Source: an uncultured Bdellovibrionales bacterium (lineage in GTDB: Bacteria; Patescibacteriota; Minisyncoccia; Moranbacterales; UBA2206). From it: 49,171 nucleotides of DNA. The DNA lies in assembly GCA_964387895.1 (NCBI GenBank), contig CAYLWX010000003.1:1277-50447 (forward strand), in the 5' to 3' direction. A program made the translations under genes and the position numbers. The notes beneath the pieces are model-generated. The model saw only the letters and a list, made by a program, of their open reading frames with translations. It made no database searches and had not been told where the DNA came from. This document shows, piece after piece, positions 1 to 8,763 of this stretch (position 1 is the first letter of the stretch; every line of letters begins with the position of its first letter).

Positions 1-347
1 TTCTTTAACTTTTTCCTCCAGTGAAAAAGAATGCCCGAAGTTCGGCATTCTGAACAAAAAATTCACCGGAGCTCACCAAAAAGGGCAGTTTGCGGAATTT
101 CGCAAACTGCCCTTTAATATTTTTCAATTTGACATTACTCTGCCAGGGGATAATAATTAAACAATGTGTTGGGTTTTGTTAGCTCAAGACGCCAGCCGTG
201 TTCCGAGAGGCTCCGGGTATAAAAGCCTGGCCGAGGCTCCTCGGGGCCTCTCACTATTTTTTCAAGACAGTCAACGTACTGTCTTTTCGCTTTTTTGGGG
301 AATAAAAAAAGCCTCAGGCTGAAACAGTTTGAGGCGGAAGTAAAAAT

Positions 348-803
348 TTATTGGATTAATTCTATGTGGGAGTATCCTCGCTCGCGAAGTTTTTTATAAA
401 TAGGAAGTATTTGTTCGCATACTTCTTCAATGGGAATAGTTTGGTGTTGGGCGTTATAAACCAGTTCTTCAATATCTGATTCTGACATGCCACATTCCCG
501 TATTGCATGATCTATGGAATCATAGAATTCCTCCACTGTCTGGCTTAATTTTTTGGAGCTGTGATCTCGGCGCAAAATTTCTTGTATTTGTCCGTCGGTT
601 TTACCTTTTTTTCTATAGCCTTCCTTAAGGCGGTCGCCGTATATTCTTTGCAGATTTTTAGCTTCAGTTGAGGCTCGGTAGAATCCTCCAGGCAGATTAA
701 AGAAAAAATTGTTTAATTCCGCCCCGGTTACTGCTTCAGGATGTTGTTCGTAATAGTTGTCAAAAATATCTCTCGGTTGATTATGCAATGGTTCTTTTTC
801 CAT
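348..803 (-). CDS. hypothetical protein (151 aa)
   Basis: ATG-initiated ORF with protein-like composition, divergent from tRNA-Arg; no motif recognised. Confidence 0.7.
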   Translation of the reverse strand: MEKEPLHNQPRDIFDNYYEQHPEAVTGAELNNFFFNLPGGFYRASTEAKNLQRIYGDRLKEGYRKKGKTDGQIQEILRRDHSSKKLSQTVEEFYDSIDHAIRECGMSESDIEELVYNAQHQTIPIEEVCEQILPIYKKLRERGYSHIELIQ

Positions 804-823
804 ATGATATTTTTTAGCTATGC

Positions 824-852
824 TTGACTCTGTATACAGTATATACTATAAA
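824..852 (+). promoter_or_regulatory. sigma70-type promoter for tRNA-Arg
   Basis: TTGACT-17 nt-TATAAA ending 17 nt before the tRNA. Confidence 0.55.
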
Positions 853-869
853 AAGTACTGGCGCTATAT

Positions 870-942
870 GCTCTCGTAGCTCAGTGGATAGAGCGCCGCC
901 GTCCTAAGGCGGGCGTCGCAGGTTCGATTCCTGCCGAGAGCA
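870..942 (+). tRNA. tRNA-Arg(CCT), CCA not encoded
   Basis: Acceptor GCTCTCG/CGAGAGC, D arm GCTC/GAGC, anticodon stem CCGCC/GGCGG with loop GT-CCT-AA, T loop TTCGATT. Confidence 0.92.
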
Positions 943-1064
943 CTTTAGTAATTCAAATTTATTGAGATTACACATCAAACGCCCACTTTATATTGGATTT
1001 TGATGTGTGGTAACTTTCTTTTCTTTTGGAATTTGTCGGGAAATTGCTTGATAATGCCCTCCGT

Positions 1065-1162
1065 CAAAATCCCAATCCAGCTAAGCAGAACCAATTTCCA
1101 ATTTTTTTGGAATTTAGTCATTGGACATTTATTGGAAATTGGAATTTGGGAATTGGAAATTT
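1065..1162. repeat. imperfect ~7-nt-period TTGGAAA/TTTCCAA repeat element
   Basis: 1107-1162 is an inverted near-copy of 7639-7695; the same end motif occurs at 47942-47972. Confidence 0.75.
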
Positions 1163-1211
1163 ATGATATATTGCTAAATTGAAGGTTATCCTGTTATCAT
1201 AAATAAGCACT

Positions 1212-2678
1212 ATGATTACTAACATTTCAACACCAGTTTTAGGTGTTCTCAAAAAAATTGAAGAAACCGGATTTGAGGCCTATATTGTGGGTGGTTGTGT
1301 GCGTGATTTGCTTTTGGGAAGGGAAGTAAAAGATTGGGATGTAACTACCAGCGCGAAGCCGGAAGAAATAATGGCTATTTTTCCGGATAGTTTCTGCGAG
1401 AATGAGTTTGGTACTGTAGGAGTGAAAGTTCCCAAATTTATTAAGAATGGGCAAGAGAATGAACATGAGGTCATTGAGGTTACGACATATAGAATCGAAT
1501 CAAGATATTCTGATAAACGACATCCTGACGAAGTGAAATTCGCCAAGACTCTGGAAGAAGATTTGGGGCGAAGAGATTTTACGATAAACGCGCTGGCTTT
1601 AAAAATAAAAAATAAAAAAGAATATGAAATTATTGATTTATTTGGCGGGCAGGAAGATATTAAGCATAAAATTATTCGGGCAGTGGGAAATCCTGGTGAG
1701 CGGTTTTCAGAAGACGCGCTTCGAATGATGCGGGCGGTGCGGTTTCACGCGCAGCTGGGATTTGCTATCGAAGAAAAAACTCTGGAAGCAATTAAAAAGA
1801 ACAAGAAATATCTGGAGCATATCGCCCAGGAGAGAATAAAGGATGAGTTAGTAAAAATTATTTTGTCTGACCACCCTTCAGGAGGAGTGGAGATGCTTCG
1901 CAGTGTCGGGTTGTTGCGATATATCATTCCCGAACTTGAAAAAGGTGTCGGAGTAGCGCAGAACCGCCACCATATTTATACTATTTATCAGCACAGCCTC
2001 ATGTCATTGAAACATTGTCCCTCTTCCAAACTTGAGGTGCGTCTGGCTTCACTGTTTCACGATATCGCCAAACCTCAAACCAAACGAGGCGAAGGGCCGT
2101 ATGCTACTTTTTATAATCACGACCATATGGGAGCCAGGATCACGGAAAAGATTCTCCATCGTTTGCGATTTTCCAATGATGTGATTGAAAAAGTGAAACT
2201 TTTGGTGGACAGCCATATGTTCTACTACAATCCGGATGAAGTAACTGAAAGTTCGGTAAGAAAACTTATTCGAAAAGTCGGTCTGGAAAACATGAAAGAT
2301 CTCATTGATCTGCGTATCGCGGATCGCCTGGGTTCGGGCGTACCCAAGGCCAAGCCGTATAAATTGCGCCACTTGGAATACGTCATTGAAAAAGTTTCCC
2401 AGGATCCCATTTCGGCCAGGATGCTTAAAATTAACGGCCATGATCTTATTAAAGAATTACACTTGGACCCCGGGCCAAAAATCGGTGCCGTTTTGGACGT
2501 TCTGCTGGCTGAAGTTATCGAAGATCCTTTAAAAAATGATAAAGAGCAGCTTTTAGCTCGCGCTAAAGAGCTTAAGGATACAGATCTTTCAAAACTGCGA
2601 GAGCTGGCTAAAGAGAAGATTGAGGAGAAAAAAGAAGAAGAGGATATGGAAATTAAGGGGAAGTACTGGGTGAAGTGA
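1212..2678 (+). CDS. cca: CCA tRNA nucleotidyltransferase with HD domain
   Basis: VGGCVRD..DWD, RRDFTINA and EDALRMMRAVRF motifs; HD motif FHDIAK. Confidence 0.93.
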   Translation: MITNISTPVLGVLKKIEETGFEAYIVGGCVRDLLLGREVKDWDVTTSAKPEEIMAIFPDSFCENEFGTVGVKVPKFIKNGQENEHEVIEVTTYRIESRYSDKRHPDEVKFAKTLEEDLGRRDFTINALALKIKNKKEYEIIDLFGGQEDIKHKIIRAVGNPGERFSEDALRMMRAVRFHAQLGFAIEEKTLEAIKKNKKYLEHIAQERIKDELVKIILSDHPSGGVEMLRSVGLLRYIIPELEKGVGVAQNRHHIYTIYQHSLMSLKHCPSSKLEVRLASLFHDIAKPQTKRGEGPYATFYNHDHMGARITEKILHRLRFSNDVIEKVKLLVDSHMFYYNPDEVTESSVRKLIRKVGLENMKDLIDLRIADRLGSGVPKAKPYKLRHLEYVIEKVSQDPISARMLKINGHDLIKELHLDPGPKIGAVLDVLLAEVIEDPLKNDKEQLLARAKELKDTDLSKLRELAKEKIEEKKEEEDMEIKGKYWVK

Positions 2679-2707
2679 TAATTGCTGTCTTGCAGGAGGA
2701 TAAGACG

Positions 2708-3232
2708 ATGGCGCAAGGAAAAAAAGGAATAAGCAAAAAGGCTCTACTAAAAATGATAAACGACACGTTAAGATCTTTAGAAACTGAAATGGAGTTTAGA
2801 AAACTTCCTCCCCGCATTCCGGGATGTGAAATTCTGGAGGATAGAACAATAGTAATGGTGGATGATACTGTGGAGCTTCTTATGTTTTTTGCCGCGCCTC
2901 TTATGATGGAGACAGGCGGGAAGGCCCACTTTATCTTGCACAAAAGAAAAAGCCTGGTCCAGCTTCTCGAAGTTGTTTTGGAAAAAAATCCGAACATAGT
3001 TTTGATAGACGGTCTTTTGGCGGAAGATATAAAAGGATACGACTTAGTGGCTTTGATAAAGAAGGAGAGACCTGAAGTTTTATGTATTGGGTTTCCTGCC
3101 GGGCCGGAATTTAACAAGAAGTTCATGGTCGCGGGATCAGAAGGAGTGGTGATAAAACGTCTGGATAATCCGGAGGAAGTAATCCGCCAAATCGCGGAGA
3201 TTGTTAGGAGAACCTCAAAAGGAGCGTTATAG
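2708..3232 (+). CDS. stand-alone response-regulator receiver-like protein
   Basis: IVMVDD and IVLIDG receiver-like motifs; GGAGGA RBS before ATG 2708. Confidence 0.6.
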   Translation: MAQGKKGISKKALLKMINDTLRSLETEMEFRKLPPRIPGCEILEDRTIVMVDDTVELLMFFAAPLMMETGGKAHFILHKRKSLVQLLEVVLEKNPNIVLIDGLLAEDIKGYDLVALIKKERPEVLCIGFPAGPEFNKKFMVAGSEGVVIKRLDNPEEVIRQIAEIVRRTSKGAL

Positions 3233-3390
3233 CCTGCGTTTTATAAGCGGGCGCATGGAGGGTAAGGCGCAATTTTTTGAGCCTTGGATCATTTGATCCA
3301 AGGCTCTTTTTAGTCATAAAAAGAGAAAGAGCAGTTCGCAATTTGTTGCGTTCTGCTCTTGCGGCTTGAGGCTGTTGGATTCTTGCCTCA

Positions 3391-3738
3391 TTAGTTGAAG
3401 CAATAGACGCTATATTTTACAATTATCTCCCAGGGTTCTGTTCTTTCTCCCCAGGTAGTCAGGCAAATGTGCAGAAAGTTTTCTTCTATCCAGACTTTTC
3501 TGATGTTGATGTACTCTCTGGTGTCTCTCGTGTCCTTTATATTACGACGTTGTATGTTTCCGTTCGGACTCTTCCAGATGAGAAACACGGATTCGAACAT
3601 GGTTAGTGGTTTTTGTGTAATTCTTCCTACTATAGCAACATTTGGAATGGGAAAGACTGTATTACTGATGAAGTTGTGTTTACTGTTTGACCCTAACGCT
3701 ACTCTGATCTCTTCTTCTGTTAAGGTTTGTTCTAACAT
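3391..3738 (-). CDS. hypothetical protein
   Basis: ORF with GGAGGA RBS before ATG 3738. Confidence 0.6.
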   Translation of the reverse strand: MLEQTLTEEEIRVALGSNSKHNFISNTVFPIPNVAIVGRITQKPLTMFESVFLIWKSPNGNIQRRNIKDTRDTREYINIRKVWIEENFLHICLTTWGERTEPWEIIVKYSVYCFN

Positions 3739-3927
3739 CTTACAAACTCCTCCCATGAAACAAAGCTTGACCCCTTTAATTGCTCAATAAGTTTATTGAA
3801 GCACTTTTTATGATAGCATAATTTTGGAGAAATAAGAAGCCCCGATACGAAATGTATCGGGGCGAAACCCGGAAAGAACTATACTTGATTGACCTCGAAT
3901 GTCCAATTGGACATTCGAGGTCTTTGG

Positions 3928-4515
3928 TTACTGCTTCTTTGGTTCAGGTTTGCCGAAAGGCTTGCCGTGTCCCATGGAACCAGAATTTGCCACTCCCATT
4001 TTTAACACCTCCCTTTCTTCTAATTGCCTTTCTATTTCTGCCAACAGCATGGTCCTGACGACAGTTGCCCAGTCTTTCAGAAACATCTTTGCATTTTCCC
4101 TTCTACCTTCTTCGGGCACGCCGGCAGGACAATTGTATCCAATGAATGCCCAGAGTCTTCCGGGGATGATCTCCCCATCGATGGAGTCCGATGCCCAAAG
4201 TATGGGACTAGCATGATGGTTGTCATCCCCTGCTACTCTCCCATTACTGACGATTCCTACCATAGGAACGCCAGATTTAAGAGCGAATAACGCCAATGGA
4301 AACCCATATGGCGTGGGCTTCCCTTCCCAACCATCGCCCACTCCGTCTGCAATAGCAGGCATGGATAGGTCAGTAAGAACCATATCCCACCCACCCTTTT
4401 TAATAGCCTCCTTTCCAGATTCCCACCCATTTGCAGTTACTAACTCATGAAGCACCAGTAGATCTTTAGCATGTTCTAACTGCTCTTTTGAGTCATCGAT
4501 CACGAGAATACGCAT
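3928..4515 (-). CDS. response-regulator receiver domain protein (no output domain)
   Basis: MRILVIDD and DMVLTDLSMP CheY-like motifs; AAGGAG RBS. Confidence 0.8.
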   Translation of the reverse strand: MRILVIDDSKEQLEHAKDLLVLHELVTANGWESGKEAIKKGGWDMVLTDLSMPAIADGVGDGWEGKPTPYGFPLALFALKSGVPMVGIVSNGRVAGDDNHHASPILWASDSIDGEIIPGRLWAFIGYNCPAGVPEEGRRENAKMFLKDWATVVRTMLLAEIERQLEEREVLKMGVANSGSMGHGKPFGKPEPKKQ

Positions 4516-4731
4516 GTTAGTCTCCTTGAGATATTGGATACTGTTTTAGGCGCCTTTACAAGGCAGTTGAATAACTTTGACAAAGAACATATCTTTTTGT
4601 GTTACAGCCCATAATACTATTAATCTGCAATTTAGTCAATAGTATTGAACTAAAATATAGTATATTTAATTCTAATTTTAACCTAAAATAAGCCATATTA
4701 TTGTTAATATCACTTTTTATCGTCAATATTA

Positions 4732-4760
4732 TTGACTAAGAGTGAAGAAGATGCTATAGT
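4732..4760 (+). promoter_or_regulatory. sigma70 promoter of the TrmB gene
   Basis: TTGACT-17 nt-TATAGT with TG extension; a divergent TTGACT-17-TATTAT lies on the minus strand at 4611-4639. Confidence 0.6.
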
Positions 4761-4784
4761 GCGGATGTAACAAAGGTTTTATTA

Positions 4785-4822
4785 CCCTCACCTCCATCTC
4801 CTCTCCCAGAAGGAGAGGAGGG
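4785..4822. repeat. C-rich/G-rich palindromic REP-like unit
   Basis: CCCTCACC..CTCCTCTCC-CAGAA-GGAGAGGAG; same family as 16224-16342 and 43979-44100. Confidence 0.6.
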
Positions 4823-4829
4823 ATAAGGA

Positions 4830-5594
4830 ATGGACTATATGATCAAAGCACTCCAAAACCTGGGACTTACCGAAAAAGAAGCCAGAGTGTATCTGGCGTT
4901 ATTACAATTAGGACAGGGGTCGGCGTACGCGGTGGCTTCCAAGGCGGGGCTCAAGAAGCCGACGACGTATGTGATTTTGGGAGAGCTTATGCAAAAGGGG
5001 TTGGCGCTCAAAGTCCCAAGGACGCGAAAGCAGCTTTTTGTTGCCAAGTCTCCGGATGAGTTTTTTGCGGCGGCCGAGGAACGGTTTGACGCGGCAAAAT
5101 CAGTGCTTCCGGAGCTTATGGCAATGGCGCAGGGGGAAAAACCGAAAGTACGGACGTTTTATTATGAAGGCATTCATGGTGCGCGTGAAGCGTTGCGGTA
5201 TCGCACAGAAGAGATGAAAGGGAAAGAATTAGTAGGATTTTATGCTTCTCCGCAGGATGCTTCAAAAGAATTAATCGAGGTATTCCTGGAGTGGAATGAG
5301 AAAATGAAAGGAAACGCGGTACGGATGATTGTGCCGGATCATTCTTCTTTGAAACACTGGCGCGCGACCGACCAGAAATATGGCCGGAAGGCAAAGGTGG
5401 TTCCCTGCAAAGAATATTCGGCTAATATTTCGATTGATGTAGGTGATACATTTGTGCGAGTTCTCATGTTTCGTGAATTGCAAGCGATTATCATTGAAAA
5501 TCCGGATGTGGCCAGAACGATGAAGCAAATATTTGAAATGGTCTGGAAAAGCCGGCCGGAAAAGGAGCAGGGAGCGGTTGAGAAGGGAGAATAA
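4830..5594 (+). CDS. TrmB-family transcriptional regulator
   Basis: LQNLGLTEKEARVYLALL..GLKKPTTYVIL..L.QKGL winged HTH; C-terminal FEMVW. Confidence 0.9.
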   Translation: MDYMIKALQNLGLTEKEARVYLALLQLGQGSAYAVASKAGLKKPTTYVILGELMQKGLALKVPRTRKQLFVAKSPDEFFAAAEERFDAAKSVLPELMAMAQGEKPKVRTFYYEGIHGAREALRYRTEEMKGKELVGFYASPQDASKELIEVFLEWNEKMKGNAVRMIVPDHSSLKHWRATDQKYGRKAKVVPCKEYSANISIDVGDTFVRVLMFRELQAIIIENPDVARTMKQIFEMVWKSRPEKEQGAVEKGE

Positions 5595-5668
5595 AGAAGT
5601 AAGAAGAAAGTAAAAAGTGGTGTTAGTGTTTTTTTAACTTCCAATTTCCATGCTATTATTAAAATATT

Positions 5669-7009
5669 ATGATTTTAATAAAAAAGGATCAACTCAATCG
5701 GAAAATACAAAAAACTTTTGACTATCCTGTTGAAATCAATGAAGATGGAATCTATTTTATCGAAATAGTCGCCGTTACTAAAAGTTGGTGGCAGAATTTG
5801 AAAAGCTTTAAATCTTTTTTTAATGACGACGATCTTGCTTTGAAGATAGATGATATTGAATTTCCAAAATTGAACGGTAAAAATGGAATTTTTGATGGCG
5901 AATCTGCTTGGAATGGAAATAATTCAAGGGGACTTTCCAAGGCTAATATATTTATAATTAATCTCAAAAAAGGATCCCACACTCTTCATTTTATCGCGGA
6001 CCAAAATCCGGTATTGAAGAGCGTCAATATATTTAAAGTCGGCGCAGAAATAGAATATGTTCCAGGAGAACTCCAATCAGAAGATGGAGACAGAAGGCAG
6101 TGGATAACCATAGCGGTAGCTAATTTAGATCTGAAACATCTCTTTGTTGCCGCAAGTGCCGGTCAGTACGAAAAGAACAAAGAGGAAAGCCTGGATGCGG
6201 ATAAGAATATAGAAGCAGGAATTATTTATCTGAAATGGCTGTTTGGTATTTATGGAGGCGCCCAGGATGAATATAAAAAAGTTACTGCCGCGTGGAATGC
6301 CGGAAGAAGTTTAATACCATCGGAAGGAGCTATAAGTTTTGACGGTATTGAAGATTTATCCCAAAGAAAACAAGCGCAGGAGCTGGTAAGCAGGGTGGAG
6401 TTAAACATGGAAAAAAAGAATTGGAATTACATACTTATGTATGTTTTTTTTGCTTTATTATTAATAGGATTTTCAATATGGAACACTCCTTTAAGTAATG
6501 CGTTGCAAAATAAAAAATCAATCGTATTAAAAGATAAAACTACGGAAACCGCCGAGCATGACAGGCCTCAATTTGGATTTAAAAACCCTTATGGGGGAAT
6601 AAAATCTATACAAGTGTCCACATTTTATTCTGAAGATTCTGGCTGGAAAACAATGGTTAGCATAGAATATGAAGATAAAAAAGAGGAAAAAATATATAAT
6701 GGTTTTTTGGATAACGCGTATTTATTTAAAGTGGTATCCATTAAGCCCCAATTTTTTATTGTCCTCCAGGAGGGAAGAAATATTATTACTTCGGTTTTGG
6801 ATTATAATGAAAAAAACAAATCCATGCAGGAGATTAAATTTGTTGATGGGAAAAAAAATGTTGAGCAGGACATTTGCTGTTCGTATGTGACTCTTGAGCC
6901 AATGGAAAACGGAGTTCAATATGATTTAGCTGTTCATAATTCGGATTTTGAAGTGGTTTATAAATATGACTTTCTGAAAAAGGCTTTTTATGAAAAGGGA
7001 AAATTTTAA
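5669..7009 (+). CDS. membrane-anchored hypothetical protein with a partial SLT-like segment
   Basis: NIEAGIIYLKWL..AAWNAG resembles the C-terminal SLT motifs; hydrophobic helix near aa 255-272. Confidence 0.6.
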   Translation: MILIKKDQLNRKIQKTFDYPVEINEDGIYFIEIVAVTKSWWQNLKSFKSFFNDDDLALKIDDIEFPKLNGKNGIFDGESAWNGNNSRGLSKANIFIINLKKGSHTLHFIADQNPVLKSVNIFKVGAEIEYVPGELQSEDGDRRQWITIAVANLDLKHLFVAASAGQYEKNKEESLDADKNIEAGIIYLKWLFGIYGGAQDEYKKVTAAWNAGRSLIPSEGAISFDGIEDLSQRKQAQELVSRVELNMEKKNWNYILMYVFFALLLIGFSIWNTPLSNALQNKKSIVLKDKTTETAEHDRPQFGFKNPYGGIKSIQVSTFYSEDSGWKTMVSIEYEDKKEEKIYNGFLDNAYLFKVVSIKPQFFIVLQEGRNIITSVLDYNEKNKSMQEIKFVDGKKNVEQDICCSYVTLEPMENGVQYDLAVHNSDFEVVYKYDFLKKAFYEKGKF

Positions 7010-7023
7010 TTTCAAAACTCCTA

Positions 7024-7635
7024 ATGGCTTCACAAATCTCCCACGTCATTTACGCCAAAAGATATTTTGAGAAACATCCTTCGACGATGAACAAGGATGA
7101 GTTTATTTTGGGATGCGTGTTTCCGGATATCCGGCGGATTGATAAAAATGTGAAAAGAAGCCAGACACATATGCATTTTCCGGACGTAAAGTTGGATTTT
7201 GAAGGGCTCACTTCATTTGAAGCGGGATGGAAGTTTCACGCCTATTGCGATATGAAGCGGGAGGAAATTCTAAATCGGTACGGGTTTTATTCCGTGAAGG
7301 GGTCAGGGGAATTTGAAGGAGTGGTGAGCAAGATACTGGAGGACAAGCTGGTATATCATGAATATAATAACTGGGAAAAGTTACAAAATTATTTTAATAA
7401 TGTTCCTCAAATAAATTTCTCGGTTCCCATATCGCGCGAAACATTCGGATTGTGGTACGCGATTTTAGCGAAATATTTTGAGAAAGAACCGGACGAAAAA
7501 TCAATCCGAGCGTTTTTAGCAAAACAGCCGTCACTCGCGTCACATGTGGATGAAATCATGAGTGCGGTTGGGAAGCTGGAAAAGAACAAAAAAGCGGTGG
7601 AGATATTGGGGAGGGTGAAGGAGGAAGTAGTGTGA
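7024..7635 (+). CDS. hypothetical protein, possible Zn-dependent phospholipase C-like hydrolase
   Basis: N-terminal His (SH), GCVFPD, THMH and FHAYCD motifs. Confidence 0.55.
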   Translation: MASQISHVIYAKRYFEKHPSTMNKDEFILGCVFPDIRRIDKNVKRSQTHMHFPDVKLDFEGLTSFEAGWKFHAYCDMKREEILNRYGFYSVKGSGEFEGVVSKILEDKLVYHEYNNWEKLQNYFNNVPQINFSVPISRETFGLWYAILAKYFEKEPDEKSIRAFLAKQPSLASHVDEIMSAVGKLEKNKKAVEILGRVKEEVV

Positions 7636-7638
7636 CGG

Positions 7639-7769
7639 AAATTTCCAATTCCCAATTTCTAATTTCCAATAAAAATCCCAATGTCTAAATCCTAATCCCG
7701 AGTACTCGGGACAAAATCTCAAGCTCCAATGCCCAAATTTTGCTACTTGGGATTTGGGAATTAGAAATT
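7639..7769. repeat. 7-nt-period repeat element with inverted ends and an inserted 16-bp palindrome
   Basis: AATTTCCAATTCCCAA ... TTGGGAATTAGAAATT ends; TCCCGAGTACTCGGGA at 7696-7711. Confidence 0.75.
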
Positions 7770-7807
7770 AAAAATAATTGTTTTTCGCTAAAATATAATT
7801 ATTCATT

Positions 7808-8101
7808 ATGCAAATAAGAATAGAAAGTATTAAAGAGAATCCGGTCAGTCTTCTCCGAAAAGCCGGCTATACGTTCCAGCGCAAGGAAGGCAATGAGATG
7901 AGTTTTATCTTGCCTCTGGCCAGCGCGGGTTTCCCGCGGTTTCATATTTATGCCAGTGTGTCGGGGCTGGATTTGATTATCAATATTCATCTGGATCAGA
8001 AAAAGGAAACCTATGGCAATGACACGCGGCATCACGGGGAATATGAAAATGAAGGGGCGTTGCAGAAAGAAGGGGAAAGGATACGGGCGGTGGTTAGTTG
8101 A
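7808..8101 (+). CDS. hypothetical protein (97 aa)
   Basis: Compact ORF with FPRFH and HLDQK..HHGEY motifs. Confidence 0.7.
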   Translation: MQIRIESIKENPVSLLRKAGYTFQRKEGNEMSFILPLASAGFPRFHIYASVSGLDLIINIHLDQKKETYGNDTRHHGEYENEGALQKEGERIRAVVS

Positions 8102-8211
8102 TTGCAGGCGGGCAATCTCTTCCACACAGTTTAAGAATTTTATTTTTTAGAGTGGTCTTGCATAGCATGTGAAATGAAAAGAGCGGGTTAAAAACCCGCT
8201 CTCGCGGTGGG

Positions 8212-8502
8212 CTATATGAATTTATTGATTACCCATAAAACGAATCCTCCTATAATGACAAGAAATAATCCCTGGAAAGGCGCTTTGAGTCCAGCGAGAA
8301 TACGTGATGGGTCAAAATACCAGATAGCCTCCAAAAATCCACCGATGACTATAAAGGGAGACAGAGCAATGAGAATCACGCCAAATCCTGTCATAATTGC
8401 TGCAAGTATTGCTATTACAAGCAGCCCCTTATTAAAATCATCATTCTTAAAACCAAAATTAAAATCATACTTTTTTCGACTCACTGCACACCTCCTTGCC
8501 AC
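8212..8502 (-). CDS. small membrane protein (start probably downstream of the GGAGG near 8495)
   Basis: Two to three hydrophobic segments; hairpin at 8180-8202 downstream. Confidence 0.55.
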   Translation of the reverse strand: MARRCAVSRKKYDFNFGFKNDDFNKGLLVIAILAAIMTGFGVILIALSPFIVIGGFLEAIWYFDPSRILAGLKAPFQGLFLVIIGGFVLWVINKFI

Positions 8503-8763
8503 TTGCCAAGTGGCAGTTAAAGTACTGGTTAGTTGTTAAGGAGCTCTTTGTGAAATAAATATACCATCTAACCTCACTATAATTTATCACAGTATACAGG
8601 TAGTGCAAGGTGTTGCTTCCTTATTTTTCCTTAACTTTGATAGCGTAAACAGGACTTATCCTATCAAGTATGAAAATAAAACACAGGAAGCAATGCATGA
8701 CTGATGTGGAATCTTGCTCTGAAAACAAAAAACATACTACAATAGAACGATAGATTTACGCAT

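Noticed and set aside
205-256. HDV-like ribozyme (CTCCTCG loop, 7-bp P1-like stem)
   Set aside because: No GG for P1.1 after the P1 3' strand and no P2/P4 or catalytic C segment
1000-1182. 60-aa ORF (similarly 7540-7722 and 16411-16626)
   Set aside because: Translations of repeat elements with biased W/N/L/E/I/G content or hairpin-derived sequence
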